From: Bacteroidota bacterium
Lineage (GTDB): Bacteria; Bacteroidota; JABWAT01
Direction of reading: 5' to 3'
Length of the DNA: 64,000 nucleotides
Assembly: GCA_017303995.1 (NCBI GenBank)
Contig: JAFLBE010000006.1
Span: 32,737-96,736 of the forward strand
The position numbers and the translations under genes are program-made. The notes below the pieces were generated by a model, which saw nothing but the letters and a program-made list of their open reading frames with translations, had not been told where the DNA came from and searched no databases. Every line of letters begins with the position of its first letter. Position 1 is the stretch's first letter. This document shows, one piece after another, positions 1 to 10,208 of this stretch.

Positions 1-741
1 AACGAGGGTTTTCTTGTCGAGTTCTTCAATTTTTGAACGGATTCTGAGTTTTCCGCCTTTTCGTCCGTCATTATAATTGGAAACGTCGATCATGCCACCG
101 GTCATGAAGTCAGGGAAAATGACAGGTTCTTTTCCTTCCAGAATATGAATGCAGGCATTAATCAGTTCACAGAAATTGTGGGGCATGACTTTGGTAGAAA
201 GTCCGACTGCGATACCTTCAACACCTTGTGCAAGAACAAGAGGAAATTTTACAGGAAAAAAGATCGGTTCCTTTTTTCGGCCATCGTAAGAAAGCTGCCA
301 TTTGGTGATATCACCGTTGAACAAAACTTCAAGCGCAAACTTGGAAAGTCGTGCTTCAATATAACGGGCAGCAGCTGCTGAGTCACCGGTTCTGGGATCA
401 CCCCAGTTTCCCTGGCAATCAATCAGTAGATCTTTCTGACCCATGTTGACCAAAGCAGCCGTGATCGACTGATCGCCGTGCGGGTGATACTGCATGGTCT
501 GGCCAATGATATTCGCCACTTTATGATAACGGCCGTCATCCATTTCTTTCATGGAATGAAGAATCCGGCGCTGAACCGGTTTCAGTCCGTCATAAATTGC
601 CGGCACAGCCCGGTCAAGAATAACGTACGAGGCATAATCGAGCCACCAGGAATCAAACATGTTCCTGATGTGGGTCATTTCGTGAAGTTTTTCAGTTCCA
701 TTGTCCGGCATGACCGGCTCATTTGGGTCAGTTGAGCTCAT
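1..741 (-). CDS. parC: DNA topoisomerase IV subunit A (GyrA/ParC family), N-terminal part; the gene runs off the window start
   Basis: Absent from the ORF track because it is open at the window edge. My minus-strand translation from the ATG at 741-739 reads [67 protein letters not shown]...YHPHGD...[10 protein letters not shown] (active-site Tyr context). The start overlaps the parE stop by 14 nt. Confidence 0.85.
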   Translation of the reverse strand, partial: MSSTDPNEPVMPDNGTEKLHEMTHIRNMFDSWWLDYASYVILDRAVPAIYDGLKPVQRRILHSMKEMDDGRYHKVANIIGQTMQYHPHGDQSITAALVNMGQKDLLIDCQGNWGDPRTGDSAAAARYIEARLSKFALEVLFNGDITKWQLSYDGRKKEPIFFPVKFPLVLAQGVEGIAVGLSTKVMPHNFCELINACIHILEGKEPVIFPDFMTGGMIDVSNYNDGRKGGKLRIRSKIEELDKKTLV

Positions 742-2587
742 GTTCAACCAAATCCTTTTCAACTCTCAGATTGTCAATAATGTAATTTCTGCGTTCCGGT
801 GTATTCGTGCCCATGTAAAATTCGAGCAGTTTCGGAATCGGCGTTTCCTTGGTTAAAATCACAGGTGCCAGCCGGATATTTTCACCGATAAACCCCGAAA
901 ACTCGTCAGGTGAAATTTCACCCAATCCTTTAAAGCGGGTAATCTCGGTTCCTTTTCCAAGTTTCACCATGGCTGCCTGTTTTTCTTCTTCGTCGTAGCA
1001 GTAAATCGTTTCTTTTTTCGTGCGGACACGGAATAAAGGCGTTTCCAGAACGAAAAGATGTCCGTTTCTCACGAGATCAGGGAAAAACTGAAGGAAGAAG
1101 GTCAGCAGAATCATCCGGATGTGTTTACCATCTTCATCGGCATCTGTAGCCAGAATCACTTTGTTGTACCGCAGATTTTCAATTCCGTCTTCGATATTCA
1201 GCGCATGCTGAAGCAGGTTAAGTTCTTCATTTTCATAGACATACTTCTTTGTCATGCCAAAGCAGTTCAGCGGTTTTCCACGAAGACTGAATACCGCCTG
1301 GGTTTCAACATTTCGTGATTTGGTGATGGATCCGGATGCAGAATCCCCTTCCGTGATGAAAATCCCCGACTGATATTTACGGTCGTCCTTTTTCTCTTCG
1401 TTCAGATGGAACCGGCAGTCCCGCAGGTTTTTATTGTGAAGATTGGCTTTTTTCGCCCGGTCATTGGCCAGCTTCTTGATCCCGGCAATTTCCTTCCGTT
1501 CCCGTTCCGACTGGGTAATCCGTTCCAGAATGGCCTGTGCCACGGTCGGATTTTTATGCAGATAATCGTCAAGTGCTTTTTTAAGGAAATCACCAATATA
1601 TCCGCGTACGGTCGGACCGTCTGCCCACATATTCTGGCTGCCCAATTTCGTCTTGGTCTGGCTTTCGAAAACCGGTTCCTGAACCCGGATACTGATGGCA
1701 GAAATGATGGAAGCCCGCACATCAGACGGATCGAAATCTTTTTTATAAAATTCCCGGATGGTTTTTACAACCGCTTCCCGGAAGGCAGTGAGGTGAGTCC
1801 CACCCTGGGTTGTAAACTGTCCGTTCACAAAAGAATAATGTTCTTCGCCATATTGATTGCCGTGGGTCATGGCAATTTCGATATCTTCACCTTTCAGGTG
1901 GATAATCGGGTACCGCTGGGTTTCGGGTTCAACTTTTCTTCCGAGCAGATCCAAAAGTCCGTTCGCAGAAAAATATTTTTGTCCGTTGAAGTTGATGGTT
2001 AAACCGGCGTTCAAAAACGCATAATTCCACAACATTTCATCCAGAAACTCGGCGATGTAATGATAATTCTTGAAAATGGTGCTGTCGGGTGAGAAAACGA
2101 CAAGGGTTCCGTTTCTGTCGTTAATGTCGGTTTCCTTTTGATCCAGAGTCAGAATTCCCTTTTCAAATTCAGCGATTTTGGTTCGTCCGTCACGAATCGA
2201 CTGAACTCTGAAATTTCCCGAAAGCGCATTCACGGCCTTGGTTCCGACGCCGTTTAATCCTACCGCCTTTTTAAAGGCATTCGAGTCATACTTTCCGCCG
2301 GTGTTGATTTTTGAAACGCAGTCAATCACCTTCCCGAGCGGAATTCCACGACCATAATCCCTGACCTTTACGGTCTGGTCAGAAACCTTGATATCAATGG
2401 TTTTGCCATGACCCATGACGTGTTCATCAATTGCATTATCCATGATTTCCTTGAACAGAACATAAATTCCGTCATCAGGTGCTGAACCATCACCCAGTTT
2501 TCCAATGTACATTCCGGGACGTAACCGAATGTGTTCACGCCAGTCAAGGGACTTGATGCTGTCGTCTTCGTATCTGACTTCACTCAT
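728..2587 (-). CDS. parE: DNA topoisomerase IV subunit B (GyrB/ParE family)
   Basis: GHKL ATPase motifs ([15 protein letters not shown]), a Toprim region ([20 protein letters not shown]) and SLRGKPLN. At about 620 aa it is followed directly by parC. I placed the start at [16 protein letters not shown] (Met40 of the ORF), because the upstream 39 codons look like a non-coding read-through. Confidence 0.85.
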   Translation of the reverse strand: MSEVRYEDDSIKSLDWREHIRLRPGMYIGKLGDGSAPDDGIYVLFKEIMDNAIDEHVMGHGKTIDIKVSDQTVKVRDYGRGIPLGKVIDCVSKINTGGKYDSNAFKKAVGLNGVGTKAVNALSGNFRVQSIRDGRTKIAEFEKGILTLDQKETDINDRNGTLVVFSPDSTIFKNYHYIAEFLDEMLWNYAFLNAGLTINFNGQKYFSANGLLDLLGRKVEPETQRYPIIHLKGEDIEIAMTHGNQYGEEHYSFVNGQFTTQGGTHLTAFREAVVKTIREFYKKDFDPSDVRASIISAISIRVQEPVFESQTKTKLGSQNMWADGPTVRGYIGDFLKKALDDYLHKNPTVAQAILERITQSERERKEIAGIKKLANDRAKKANLHNKNLRDCRFHLNEEKKDDRKYQSGIFITEGDSASGSITKSRNVETQAVFSLRGKPLNCFGMTKKYVYENEELNLLQHALNIEDGIENLRYNKVILATDADEDGKHIRMILLTFFLQFFPDLVRNGHLFVLETPLFRVRTKKETIYCYDEEEKQAAMVKLGKGTEITRFKGLGEISPDEFSGFIGENIRLAPVILTKETPIPKLLEFYMGTNTPERRNYIIDNLRVEKDLVEHELN

Positions 2588-2944
2588 ACTTTTCAATTTC
2601 TTTCTGAATCTGAACAGGATTTCCTTTTGGCGGATCTTCACTTTAGCGGGGTTTCCAGCAGGCCCTGAACAGAGGGGTTTAAACCAACAATCCCAAATAT
2701 ACAAAATACCGAATTAAAATACAGTAGTTTTCCTTTTTGAAAAACAAAGTGTTCAGGATCTAAAAGTGAGAAAAATGTTGTTGTTAAGTAAATCAGTGAA
2801 AAAACCGGAAAAATTAAGCAAGTCAGGATAAAAAAGTTTACTTATTTTGATAATCGAGTCAAAATCATCTGCTCAAAAATGAAAATCCGGTTTTTTTTCC
2901 GAGAAAAATTTGTACATTTAGTGATACGAAAGACTTCCTGAAAA

Positions 2945-5900
2945 ATGGATCAGAAACAAAAGCAAATTGCCCGTATTGTGTCAGGTGAGGCCTATCCTTT
3001 CAGGAATGACCTGAATATTTACCGGATTTTGTCTGTCATTGCGGCAATTGTTCTCACTGCCGGATGGTTTCTTCATCTGGAATTTGTTTCTGTTTACAAC
3101 GATCCGTTGATTTTTCGACTTATTTTTTCTTCACTTTTCCTTTCCTTTTTTATTCTTTCCTTTTTCTTCTCCCCGGTCAGAGACTATACAGTTTCCATCT
3201 TTTACACCCTGTTTTCACTATGCAGTATCTGGATTCTTTCGCTTAATTTTATCAATAATTTTTCAATTGAATACAGCATAGGCATCTTTTTCGTTTATCT
3301 CGTTTTCGCCGTTGGCATCAGGGAAGTTTGGTTTCTCGCCGTTTATACCGTTCTCATGCTGGTTATTCCGCTAACAGGTCTTTATTTCTCAACACAATCA
3401 TTGAATGTTCAGGTTGTATATACCGGTTTGATTCTGGTTGTCCTTGTTTCATCAGGAATTTTACTCGGACTCAAACTTTATTTCCAAAACGGATTTCTGG
3501 TTAAAACATCGGTTCTTTCTGCCATTTTCAAAGAATCTTCTGATATGTTATTTGTCACCGATGCAGATGGCTACCGGCTGATTGCCGGAAATGAACGGGC
3601 AATGGAAAGATTTGGGTTTGACGAGTCCAATTTGAAAAATCTGAAATTGAGTGATCTTTTTGTTTTGCCAGGCTCCTGGGATGGTGCAGATGATCTGGTT
3701 CTGTTTGAAGTACCGGTAAAGAAGACCGGATCATATTTTTGGGCAGATATTGCTGCTAAACCGCTGGCTGTGAGTGGTTTTAAATTTGTGGTTGTTAGAA
3801 TCACCGATGTAACTCAACGGAAGGGTGCTGAAGAAATTGTTGAGAAACTTTCAATGCAAAGAAAAAGATTGCTCGAAATTTCTCAGTCGATGCTAACCAG
3901 TTTGAGCCTGGATGATATTTTTTCTCAGATTTCGGGCACACTTAAAGAAATAATCGACTATAATCTATGTGCTCTATTTTGGGTTGAACCCGAAATAAAA
4001 TCTTTGAAACCCCTTGCTATTGTGAAGAATAACTGGGAAGAATTCCCGATTGATAACTGGCTGGTTCCGCTGGGTGAAGGTATTATCGGGAGATTGGTAA
4101 TTACCGGCGAAAGTGAGCTCGTCAATAACTGTCAGAATGACCCGCGTTCAATTTATCCGCCAGGTTACCAACCCCGAAAAGAACACATTATTGCAATTCC
4201 GGTCAGAATTCAAAATGAAGTTCATGGTGTTTTTTCGGTGACCCGTGTAGACGGACCTGAATTCTCCCAGGATGATTTTGAGTTGATTCAATTGTTCATT
4301 ACTCACTCCATTGCGGCAATTCAAAATGGAATTTTATATGACGAAGCAAATCGCCGGGCCTTGCACAGTTTGTCACTGATGGAAGTAACCAAGGCAATCA
4401 ATTCAACAATAGAGGTTGATCAGTTATTGGATATGATTGTTGAAAAGGTTCTTGATCTCACCCATTCACGTCACGGCGCTCTGTTCCTTCTTAACGCAGA
4501 AACCGGCAATCTTGAAATCGGGGCTTTCAGGGGAATTGCTGCAGAAACTGTTCAGTTTTTAAAATTTCCGGTCGGGGATTCTATTGCCGGTTACGTTGCT
4601 CAAACCGGGCGGGGAATGCTGATTCACGACGTTCAGCACCATCCGAATTTCCGTAATATTCCACAGCTTGAAAAATTCACCTCAATGATTTCAATTCCCC
4701 TGAAAATAAAAGGGAAAGTTGTGGGCGTAATGGGAGTTGACCGTCTGAAAGGTGAAAAGTATTTCTCTGATAAAGATTTTAAAATTGCACAGGATTTTGC
4801 TGAACAGGCCGCACTTGCTCTCGAAAATGCCCGTCTGTTTGAACAGATTAATCAATCTGAAAGAAAATACCGGACGTTATTTGAGGAAACAGAAGATGCG
4901 GTTTTTGTGTCATCTTTGGATGGTCGTTTTCTGGATATGAACCCGGCCGGTATTAAAATGTTTGGCTATGAAACCCGCGAAGAAATTTTAAATATCTCAA
5001 TTGCACGTGATTTATATTTCTCACAGGAAGAACGGGAAGCCCTTGTTGATCTTTTTAACAGGGAAGGATCGGTAAAAAACTACGAGATTACCTTAAAGAA
5101 AAAAGACGGATTGCCCATAACCGTTTTACAATCAACCCGTCTGGTGAAAGATTCTGCAGGAAACCCAGTATTCCTGCGTGGAATCATGAAAGATATGACT
5201 GAACAAAGAAAACTTCAGCTTCAATTGTTTCAGTCACAAAAAATGGATTCAATCGGTCAGCTCGCCGGTGGTATGGCACATGACTTTAATAATATTCTGG
5301 GTGGAATTTTAGGTTATTCATCTTTTCTAAAATCACAGATTTCAATAGAGGATGAAAAATTCAGATATATTGATGCAATTGAAAAAAGTGCCGGAAAAGC
5401 AGCCGAACTTATTTCAAAACTGCTGGCATTTGCCCGGGGAAGTAAATCTGAACCGGTTCCGGTGAGTTTAAACAAGCTGGTTAATGAGACGCTTGCAATT
5501 CTCGAACGGACTTTTGACAAATCAATTGAAATCAGCACAACTCTTGATACAGAATTACCCTTGATTTCCGGCGACCCGATTCAATTGCAACAAGTCATTT
5601 TAAATTTAAGTGTAAATGCACGCGATGCAATTACGGGTAAAGGGAAAATTGAAATTACAACCCGCCAGTTTAAGTGTACGTCGCCAAAAAAATTGAATTC
5701 AGGTGAAATAACTCCCGGAAAATATATCATCCTTTCTGTTTCAGATTCTGGAATGGGAATGGAACCTGAAATTATTGAAAGAATATTTGAACCCTTCTTT
5801 TCAACCAAAGAAATTGGAAAAGGAACAGGTTTAGGGCTTGCAATGGTTTATGGTGTTGTAAAAGGCCACGAAGGAGCATTGAGTGTAACCTCTGTTCCTG

Positions 5901-6388
5901 GCGAAGGATCCCGTTTTGATATTTATATTCCTGTATCTGAAAAAAGCTTGATCTTACCTATCGAAAATGAAAAAAGTGTTCATTTCGGAAACGAAACCCA
6001 GAAACAAGCTCAAACTAACCAATGTATTCTTGTTGTTGATGATGATGCTTCGATTAGGGAGCTGGCTGGCGATATTTTATCTCATTTCGGTTATGAAGTT
6101 CTTTTTGCAGTTGATGGTCTTGATGCCATTTCTGTTTTTGAAAAAAACAAAGACAAAATAAATCTGGTTCTTTTGGATATTATGATGCCAAAAATGAATG
6201 GACAGGAAGCCTATCAAGCCATTTCTGAAATAAGTCCCGAAATGAAATTTATTTTTTCAAGCGGATTCAGTCAAAATGATGCAATAGAAGATCTTGTCAA
6301 TGCCGGCAAAGCAGGATTTATTGCAAAACCCTACCATGTCTCTGCCTTTATTTTGAAAATTCAGAATACGATAAATAGTGGTACGTGA
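2945..6388 (+). CDS. Hybrid sensor histidine kinase: multi-TM N-terminus, PAS, two GAF, PAS, HisKA, HATPase_c, C-terminal receiver
   Basis: The first ~190 aa are hydrophobic. The H-box is GGMAHDFNNIL, the N and G boxes are LNLSVNARDA and GTGLGLAMV, and the receiver carries VVDDD...LLDIMMPKMNG...IAKPY. Confidence 0.85.
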   Translation: MDQKQKQIARIVSGEAYPFRNDLNIYRILSVIAAIVLTAGWFLHLEFVSVYNDPLIFRLIFSSLFLSFFILSFFFSPVRDYTVSIFYTLFSLCSIWILSLNFINNFSIEYSIGIFFVYLVFAVGIREVWFLAVYTVLMLVIPLTGLYFSTQSLNVQVVYTGLILVVLVSSGILLGLKLYFQNGFLVKTSVLSAIFKESSDMLFVTDADGYRLIAGNERAMERFGFDESNLKNLKLSDLFVLPGSWDGADDLVLFEVPVKKTGSYFWADIAAKPLAVSGFKFVVVRITDVTQRKGAEEIVEKLSMQRKRLLEISQSMLTSLSLDDIFSQISGTLKEIIDYNLCALFWVEPEIKSLKPLAIVKNNWEEFPIDNWLVPLGEGIIGRLVITGESELVNNCQNDPRSIYPPGYQPRKEHIIAIPVRIQNEVHGVFSVTRVDGPEFSQDDFELIQLFITHSIAAIQNGILYDEANRRALHSLSLMEVTKAINSTIEVDQLLDMIVEKVLDLTHSRHGALFLLNAETGNLEIGAFRGIAAETVQFLKFPVGDSIAGYVAQTGRGMLIHDVQHHPNFRNIPQLEKFTSMISIPLKIKGKVVGVMGVDRLKGEKYFSDKDFKIAQDFAEQAALALENARLFEQINQSERKYRTLFEETEDAVFVSSLDGRFLDMNPAGIKMFGYETREEILNISIARDLYFSQEEREALVDLFNREGSVKNYEITLKKKDGLPITVLQSTRLVKDSAGNPVFLRGIMKDMTEQRKLQLQLFQSQKMDSIGQLAGGMAHDFNNILGGILGYSSFLKSQISIEDEKFRYIDAIEKSAGKAAELISKLLAFARGSKSEPVPVSLNKLVNETLAILERTFDKSIEISTTLDTELPLISGDPIQLQQVILNLSVNARDAITGKGKIEITTRQFKCTSPKKLNSGEITPGKYIILSVSDSGMGMEPEIIERIFEPFFSTKEIGKGTGLGLAMVYGVVKGHEGALSVTSVPGEGSRFDIYIPVSEKSLILPIENEKSVHFGNETQKQAQTNQCILVVDDDASIRELAGDILSHFGYEVLFAVDGLDAISVFEKNKDKINLVLLDIMMPKMNGQEAYQAISEISPEMKFIFSSGFSQNDAIEDLVNAGKAGFIAKPYHVSAFILKIQNTINSGT

Positions 6389-6408
6389 TACGTGGTACGT
6401 TTTACGCT
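6381..6408. repeat. Heptad tract (gtacgtg atacgtg gtacgtt ttacgct) spanning the stop codons of two convergent genes
   Basis: The kinase TGA (6386-6388) and the PfpI TAA (6402-6404, minus strand) both lie inside the tract. Confidence 0.9.
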
Positions 6409-6935
6409 ATTTTTGGGGTCAAATAGGTCACTATTTCTGCACAGAAATCAGGTAAATCATCCGGTCTCCTGCTGGTAATAAAATTCCGGTCAGTCACGAC
6501 GGGTTCATCTATCCAGGTTGCCCCGGCGTTGATTAAATCATCCATGATTCCCGGTGTTGAGGTTAGTCTGAATCCCTTTACAATACCTGCGGAAATTGGA
6601 ATCCAGCCAGCATGACAAATGAAGGCAATTAATTTACCTGAGTGATGAAATTGACGGGTCAATTCTTTTACTTTTTCTGACCGGCGTAACTGATCAGGAG
6701 CAAATCCTCCAGGTATAATGAGCGCGTCAAAATCGGATTCAGAAATAGTTGAGATTGAAAAATCTGATTTACACGGGTACCCATGTTTCCCTTTGTAAAC
6801 CTTTTTTGCCTCGGGTCCGGCAATGGTAACGTCAGCACCTGCTTCAATCACACGGTATTTGGGATACCATAATTCAAGGTCTTCATAGATATCATCAACA
6901 AACATCAGGACTTTTTTTCCGGTAAGTGGTTTCAT
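6402..6935 (-). CDS. DJ-1/PfpI family protein (type 1 glutamine amidotransferase-like)
   Basis: Contains KKVLMFVDD, ALIIPGG and the nucleophile elbow AFICHAGW. I placed the start at MKPLTGKK (cat at 6933-6935); the longer ORF start at 7016 is also possible. Confidence 0.75.
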   Translation of the reverse strand: MKPLTGKKVLMFVDDIYEDLELWYPKYRVIEAGADVTIAGPEAKKVYKGKHGYPCKSDFSISTISESDFDALIIPGGFAPDQLRRSEKVKELTRQFHHSGKLIAFICHAGWIPISAGIVKGFRLTSTPGIMDDLINAGATWIDEPVVTDRNFITSRRPDDLPDFCAEIVTYLTPKIA

Positions 6936-7436
6936 GTGATGCAGTGTCCTTTTCTGGTTTCTAAATAGGAATAAACCTTCAATATCGTCATCCTGACTTT
7001 CAAAAAGGGATTTCAAACCAGATTATTCATTGGTAATCAAATTGGAGATGATTTTTATGCGCCTTTAAATATTGCAATTCCCTGATTTGGAGGCGAAAAC
7101 GCATAGAATTGAAGCAAATAACATGAAAAATAAAAATTATTTGCAGAGAAACTAATATTTTTAACAATTAGTGTGAAAATGTTATTAAATTTGTGAGATA
7201 AAAATTTAATAAATTCGTAATCAAAGTATCTGGTCAATTCTAAAAAGTCTCAAAGATAGCATGTTCAATTGGTCTAAAACCCAGTGTAATTTTGAATTGT
7301 GATCATGTAATTCTGCGAAATTCATCGATTAATTGGTAATTAAGATGGTTTTTAGAAATGTTCATCATCAAGAAGCCTCTGTTAGATAAATAAAGCATTG
7401 AAATAAATAGATCAAAAGAATTAGAAAAGTTGGGAA

Positions 7437-8411
7437 ATGAAATACTCGGTATTATTTGTAGATGATGAATCCCAGATTCTTGAAACAATAAGAAATATTT
7501 TTGATAAGTTTTACACCATTTACACCGCAGAAAATGGTCAGAAGGCGCTTGATATCCTTGCAAAGACAAAGGTTCAGGTTATTGTATCTGACCAGAGAAT
7601 GCCAGGAATGTCGGGCACAGAATTTCTTAAAATCTGTAAGGAAAAGTATCCTGATACGGTTAGAATCCTGGTAACTGGTTTTTCTGATCTCGATTCAGTG
7701 ATAGAAACCATTAATACCGGCGATATCTTCAGATTTATTTCAAAACCATGGAAACTTGAAAAATTAAAAGAAACCATTGATTTAGCAGGTCAGTTATTCG
7801 ACCAGGTTCAGGCAGTAAAAACCAAGTCTGATCTTCCATCCAGATCATTTTCAGGTCCGGCTGTATTACAGTCCCATGCACCTTCAGTTTCTACTGGCTT
7901 TAAAAGCAAATCTCACTTGTTATTTGTTGATGAAAGTGAATCTCAACTTTTTAGTTATCGTGAAGTATTTGGGTCAGATTATTTTGTTCATGTTGCCAAT
8001 TCTGCTGAAAAAGCATTTGCTGCTCTGGCTCAATATCCGATTGCGGTATTAGTTTGTGAAGCACAAATTGGTGAAACTGATGGAATTGATTTTATTTCAG
8101 TTATCCGTGATGACCACCCTGATGTTGTTCCCATTTTACTTACCGATATAAAAGATATCGATTTGGCCGTCAGGTTGATTAATGAAGGACGAATATTCAG
8201 ATATTTTATTAAACCCTACCGTAAAGAGCATTTTGTTTCTGAAATGGAAAAAGCAGTTCAGCAACATCAGAATTATTCAGTTAAACCTGAATTGAATATC
8301 AGAAAAATTGAGGATGAATTAATTTCTGAAAAAGGAAAAGAAAAACCGGCAACATTGAGTGAATCATTGCGGTTAACCAGAGAACGATTGAATAAGCGTG
8401 TTGGGTATTAA
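7437..8411 (+). CDS. Response regulator with two tandem receiver (REC) domains and no recognisable output domain
   Basis: REC1 carries VLFVDDE...IVSDQRMPGMSG...LVTG...ISKPW. REC2 carries LLFVDES...LVCEAQIGETDG...LLTD...IKPY. Confidence 0.8.
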   Translation: MKYSVLFVDDESQILETIRNIFDKFYTIYTAENGQKALDILAKTKVQVIVSDQRMPGMSGTEFLKICKEKYPDTVRILVTGFSDLDSVIETINTGDIFRFISKPWKLEKLKETIDLAGQLFDQVQAVKTKSDLPSRSFSGPAVLQSHAPSVSTGFKSKSHLLFVDESESQLFSYREVFGSDYFVHVANSAEKAFAALAQYPIAVLVCEAQIGETDGIDFISVIRDDHPDVVPILLTDIKDIDLAVRLINEGRIFRYFIKPYRKEHFVSEMEKAVQQHQNYSVKPELNIRKIEDELISEKGKEKPATLSESLRLTRERLNKRVGY

Positions 8412-8493
8412 AAGCCCGTGCCAAGGTAATTCTGTAAATTGCCCTGGTTTTGATTTAATTGTGTGTTTTTTGTACAGAAAGGGAAAATGATCT

Positions 8494-10119
8494 GTGAGCG
8501 GAAATAAGAAAATGATTGTTCTTTTTCGTCATGCCAAGGCAGAAATGGAAGCCGCTACTTTTTCAGACCGGGAGAGAAGTTTGACCGGTGATGGAAGAAA
8601 TGAAGCGCTTCGGGTTGCAAGACGACTAAAAGAATCCGGACTGAAGGTTGATTTGATTCTTTCAAGTCCGGCCTTACGTGCTATTGAAACTGCCGAAGTC
8701 GTGGCTGGTGAATTAACTGGTAACCCGCAGTCAATCCTGGTGAACGAAAAACTTTATGATGCACCGGTCTCATCAATTTTGGAAGTCATTCTTCAGACAG
8801 ATCCGGCATTAAATTCAATTCTGCTTGTCGGACATAATCCTGATCTTGAAAAAGTAGCAGGTTTATTCTGTGGCCGCCACGATATTTCACTTCCAACATC
8901 AGGTGCAATTTCTATTTTATTTGAGTCAGATAACTGGACAGATTTACAATCGGGAAAAGGGGTAATCGTTATGCAACAGGTTGCAAAAACCAAACAATCG
9001 CCTGAGTACCAGGCATTAAAAAAAATCATTTCAGAAGGACTTAACGCTGCCGTTAAATCCAGCTTAAGTGGTTTGAATTCGAAATCAAAAAACAAAGCCA
9101 CCAAAGTCATTGAAAATGCAGTCAATAAACTTGCAAAAAAATTGACAAAAGCAATCGGTGAATCATCCAAGCAGGATGAGCCAGCAGTCAGTCCAAAACC
9201 TGTAAAAAAACCAATTTTAAAAGCCACTCCTTCAAAGCGGGGTCGTAAACCTGCAGTAAAGGCTGTTACTTCAACAGAAAAGCCTGAAGCCAAAAAGCGT
9301 GGCAGAAAACCTGCGATCAAAGCAGAAAAGGCAACACCTGTCGTTTCAGCAGAACCAAAGAAGCGCGGACGTAAACCGGGTGCAAAACCTGAAGTTGCAA
9401 AACCAGTTTCAACTGAGCCCAAAAAGCGTGGCAGAAAACCAGCAGTTAAAGTAGAAAAAGCGGCACCTGTTGTGTCATCAGAACCGAAAAAACGTGGACG
9501 TAAACCAGGTGTAAAACCTGCAGTTTCAAAACCTGTTTCAACTGAGCCCAAAAAGCGTGGCAGAAAACCTGCCGTTAAAGCAGAAAAAGCAGCACCGGTT
9601 GTTTCATCAGAACCGAAAAAACGCGGGCGTAAACCGGGTGCAAAACCAGCAATTGCAAAACCTGCATCATCTGAGCCCAAAAAGCGTGGCAGAAAACCAG
9701 CTGTGAAAGCAGAAAAAGCAGCACCGGTTGTTTCAGCTGAACCGAAAAAACGTGGACGTAAACCAGGCGTAAAACCTGTAGTTGCGAAACCCGATTCAGC
9801 AGAACCCAAAAAACGTGGCAGAAAACCAGCGGTCAAAGTAGAAAAAGCTCTCGTTGTAAAAGCTGAAAAACCCAAAACGGTTGAACCAAAACCAGCTAAA
9901 AAAGTTGCTTTACCTAAAGTAAAAGTTGAAAAAGTACCAAAAGTAAAAGCAACCGTTGTCAAAGTTCCTAAAGTTAAAAAGCCAGCGAAAGTAAGACCTA
10001 CAAAGCGACCAAAGCCATCGTGGGTTGAAGTTTCGGATGTACCTGCAGCAGTTGTTGAAACTGTGACCCCTGCTCCGGTTGAAACTCCGAAAGCAAAGGG
10101 TCGTCCTAAAAAGGCATAG
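8494..10119 (+). CDS. SixA-like histidine phosphatase domain fused to a Lys/Ala/Pro-rich, AT-hook-like repeat tail (histone H1-like)
   Basis: The N-terminal ~160 aa carry LFRHAKAE (RHG-type motif), a conserved Arg/Thr context and LVGHNPDLE. The C-terminal ~330 aa are built from repeated EPKKRGRKPAVKAEKAAPVVS and EPKKRGRKPGAKPxVAKPVST units and end in KAKGRPKKA. The ORF starts with GTG at 8494; the ATG at 8512 (MIVLFRHAKAE) is an equally plausible start. Confidence 0.75.
   Translation: MSGNKKMIVLFRHAKAEMEAATFSDRERSLTGDGRNEALRVARRLKESGLKVDLILSSPALRAIETAEVVAGELTGNPQSILVNEKLYDAPVSSILEVILQTDPALNSILLVGHNPDLEKVAGLFCGRHDISLPTSGAISILFESDNWTDLQSGKGVIVMQQVAKTKQSPEYQALKKIISEGLNAAVKSSLSGLNSKSKNKATKVIENAVNKLAKKLTKAIGESSKQDEPAVSPKPVKKPILKATPSKRGRKPAVKAVTSTEKPEAKKRGRKPAIKAEKATPVVSAEPKKRGRKPGAKPEVAKPVSTEPKKRGRKPAVKVEKAAPVVSSEPKKRGRKPGVKPAVSKPVSTEPKKRGRKPAVKAEKAAPVVSSEPKKRGRKPGAKPAIAKPASSEPKKRGRKPAVKAEKAAPVVSAEPKKRGRKPGVKPVVAKPDSAEPKKRGRKPAVKVEKALVVKAEKPKTVEPKPAKKVALPKVKVEKVPKVKATVVKVPKVKKPAKVRPTKRPKPSWVEVSDVPAAVVETVTPAPVETPKAKGRPKKA
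9352..9850 (+). repeat. In-frame 129-bp tandem repeat, about 3.9 copies, inside the SixA-fusion gene
   Basis: Units begin with gaacc at 9352, 9481, 9610 and 9739, an exact 129-nt spacing. Each unit encodes two KKRGRKP motifs (21 + 22 aa). More diverged half-units start near 9235. Confidence 0.9.
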
Positions 10120-10160
10120 CTGAAGAAATATAAGTATAGAATTGTGTGAGAAAATTTGAA

Positions 10161-10208
10161 CTGCCGCCTTTTCTTCTGAAATTTGGAAGGATTGGCGGCG
10201 GTTTTTTT
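10161..10208 (+). terminator. Rho-independent terminator after the SixA-fusion gene
   Basis: ctgccgcc (10161-10168) pairs with ggcggcgg (10194-10201), an inner cttc/gaag stem adds to it, and ttttttt follows. Confidence 0.75.

Noticed and set aside
1406-2002. 198-aa ORF antisense to parE
   Set aside because: It lies entirely inside a well-supported conserved gene on the other strand and has no recognisable motifs.
2588-2704. 39-codon N-terminal extension of the parE ORF
   Set aside because: The extension ([14 protein letters not shown]...) resembles no GyrB/ParE N-terminus. The conserved N-terminus begins at [16 protein letters not shown].
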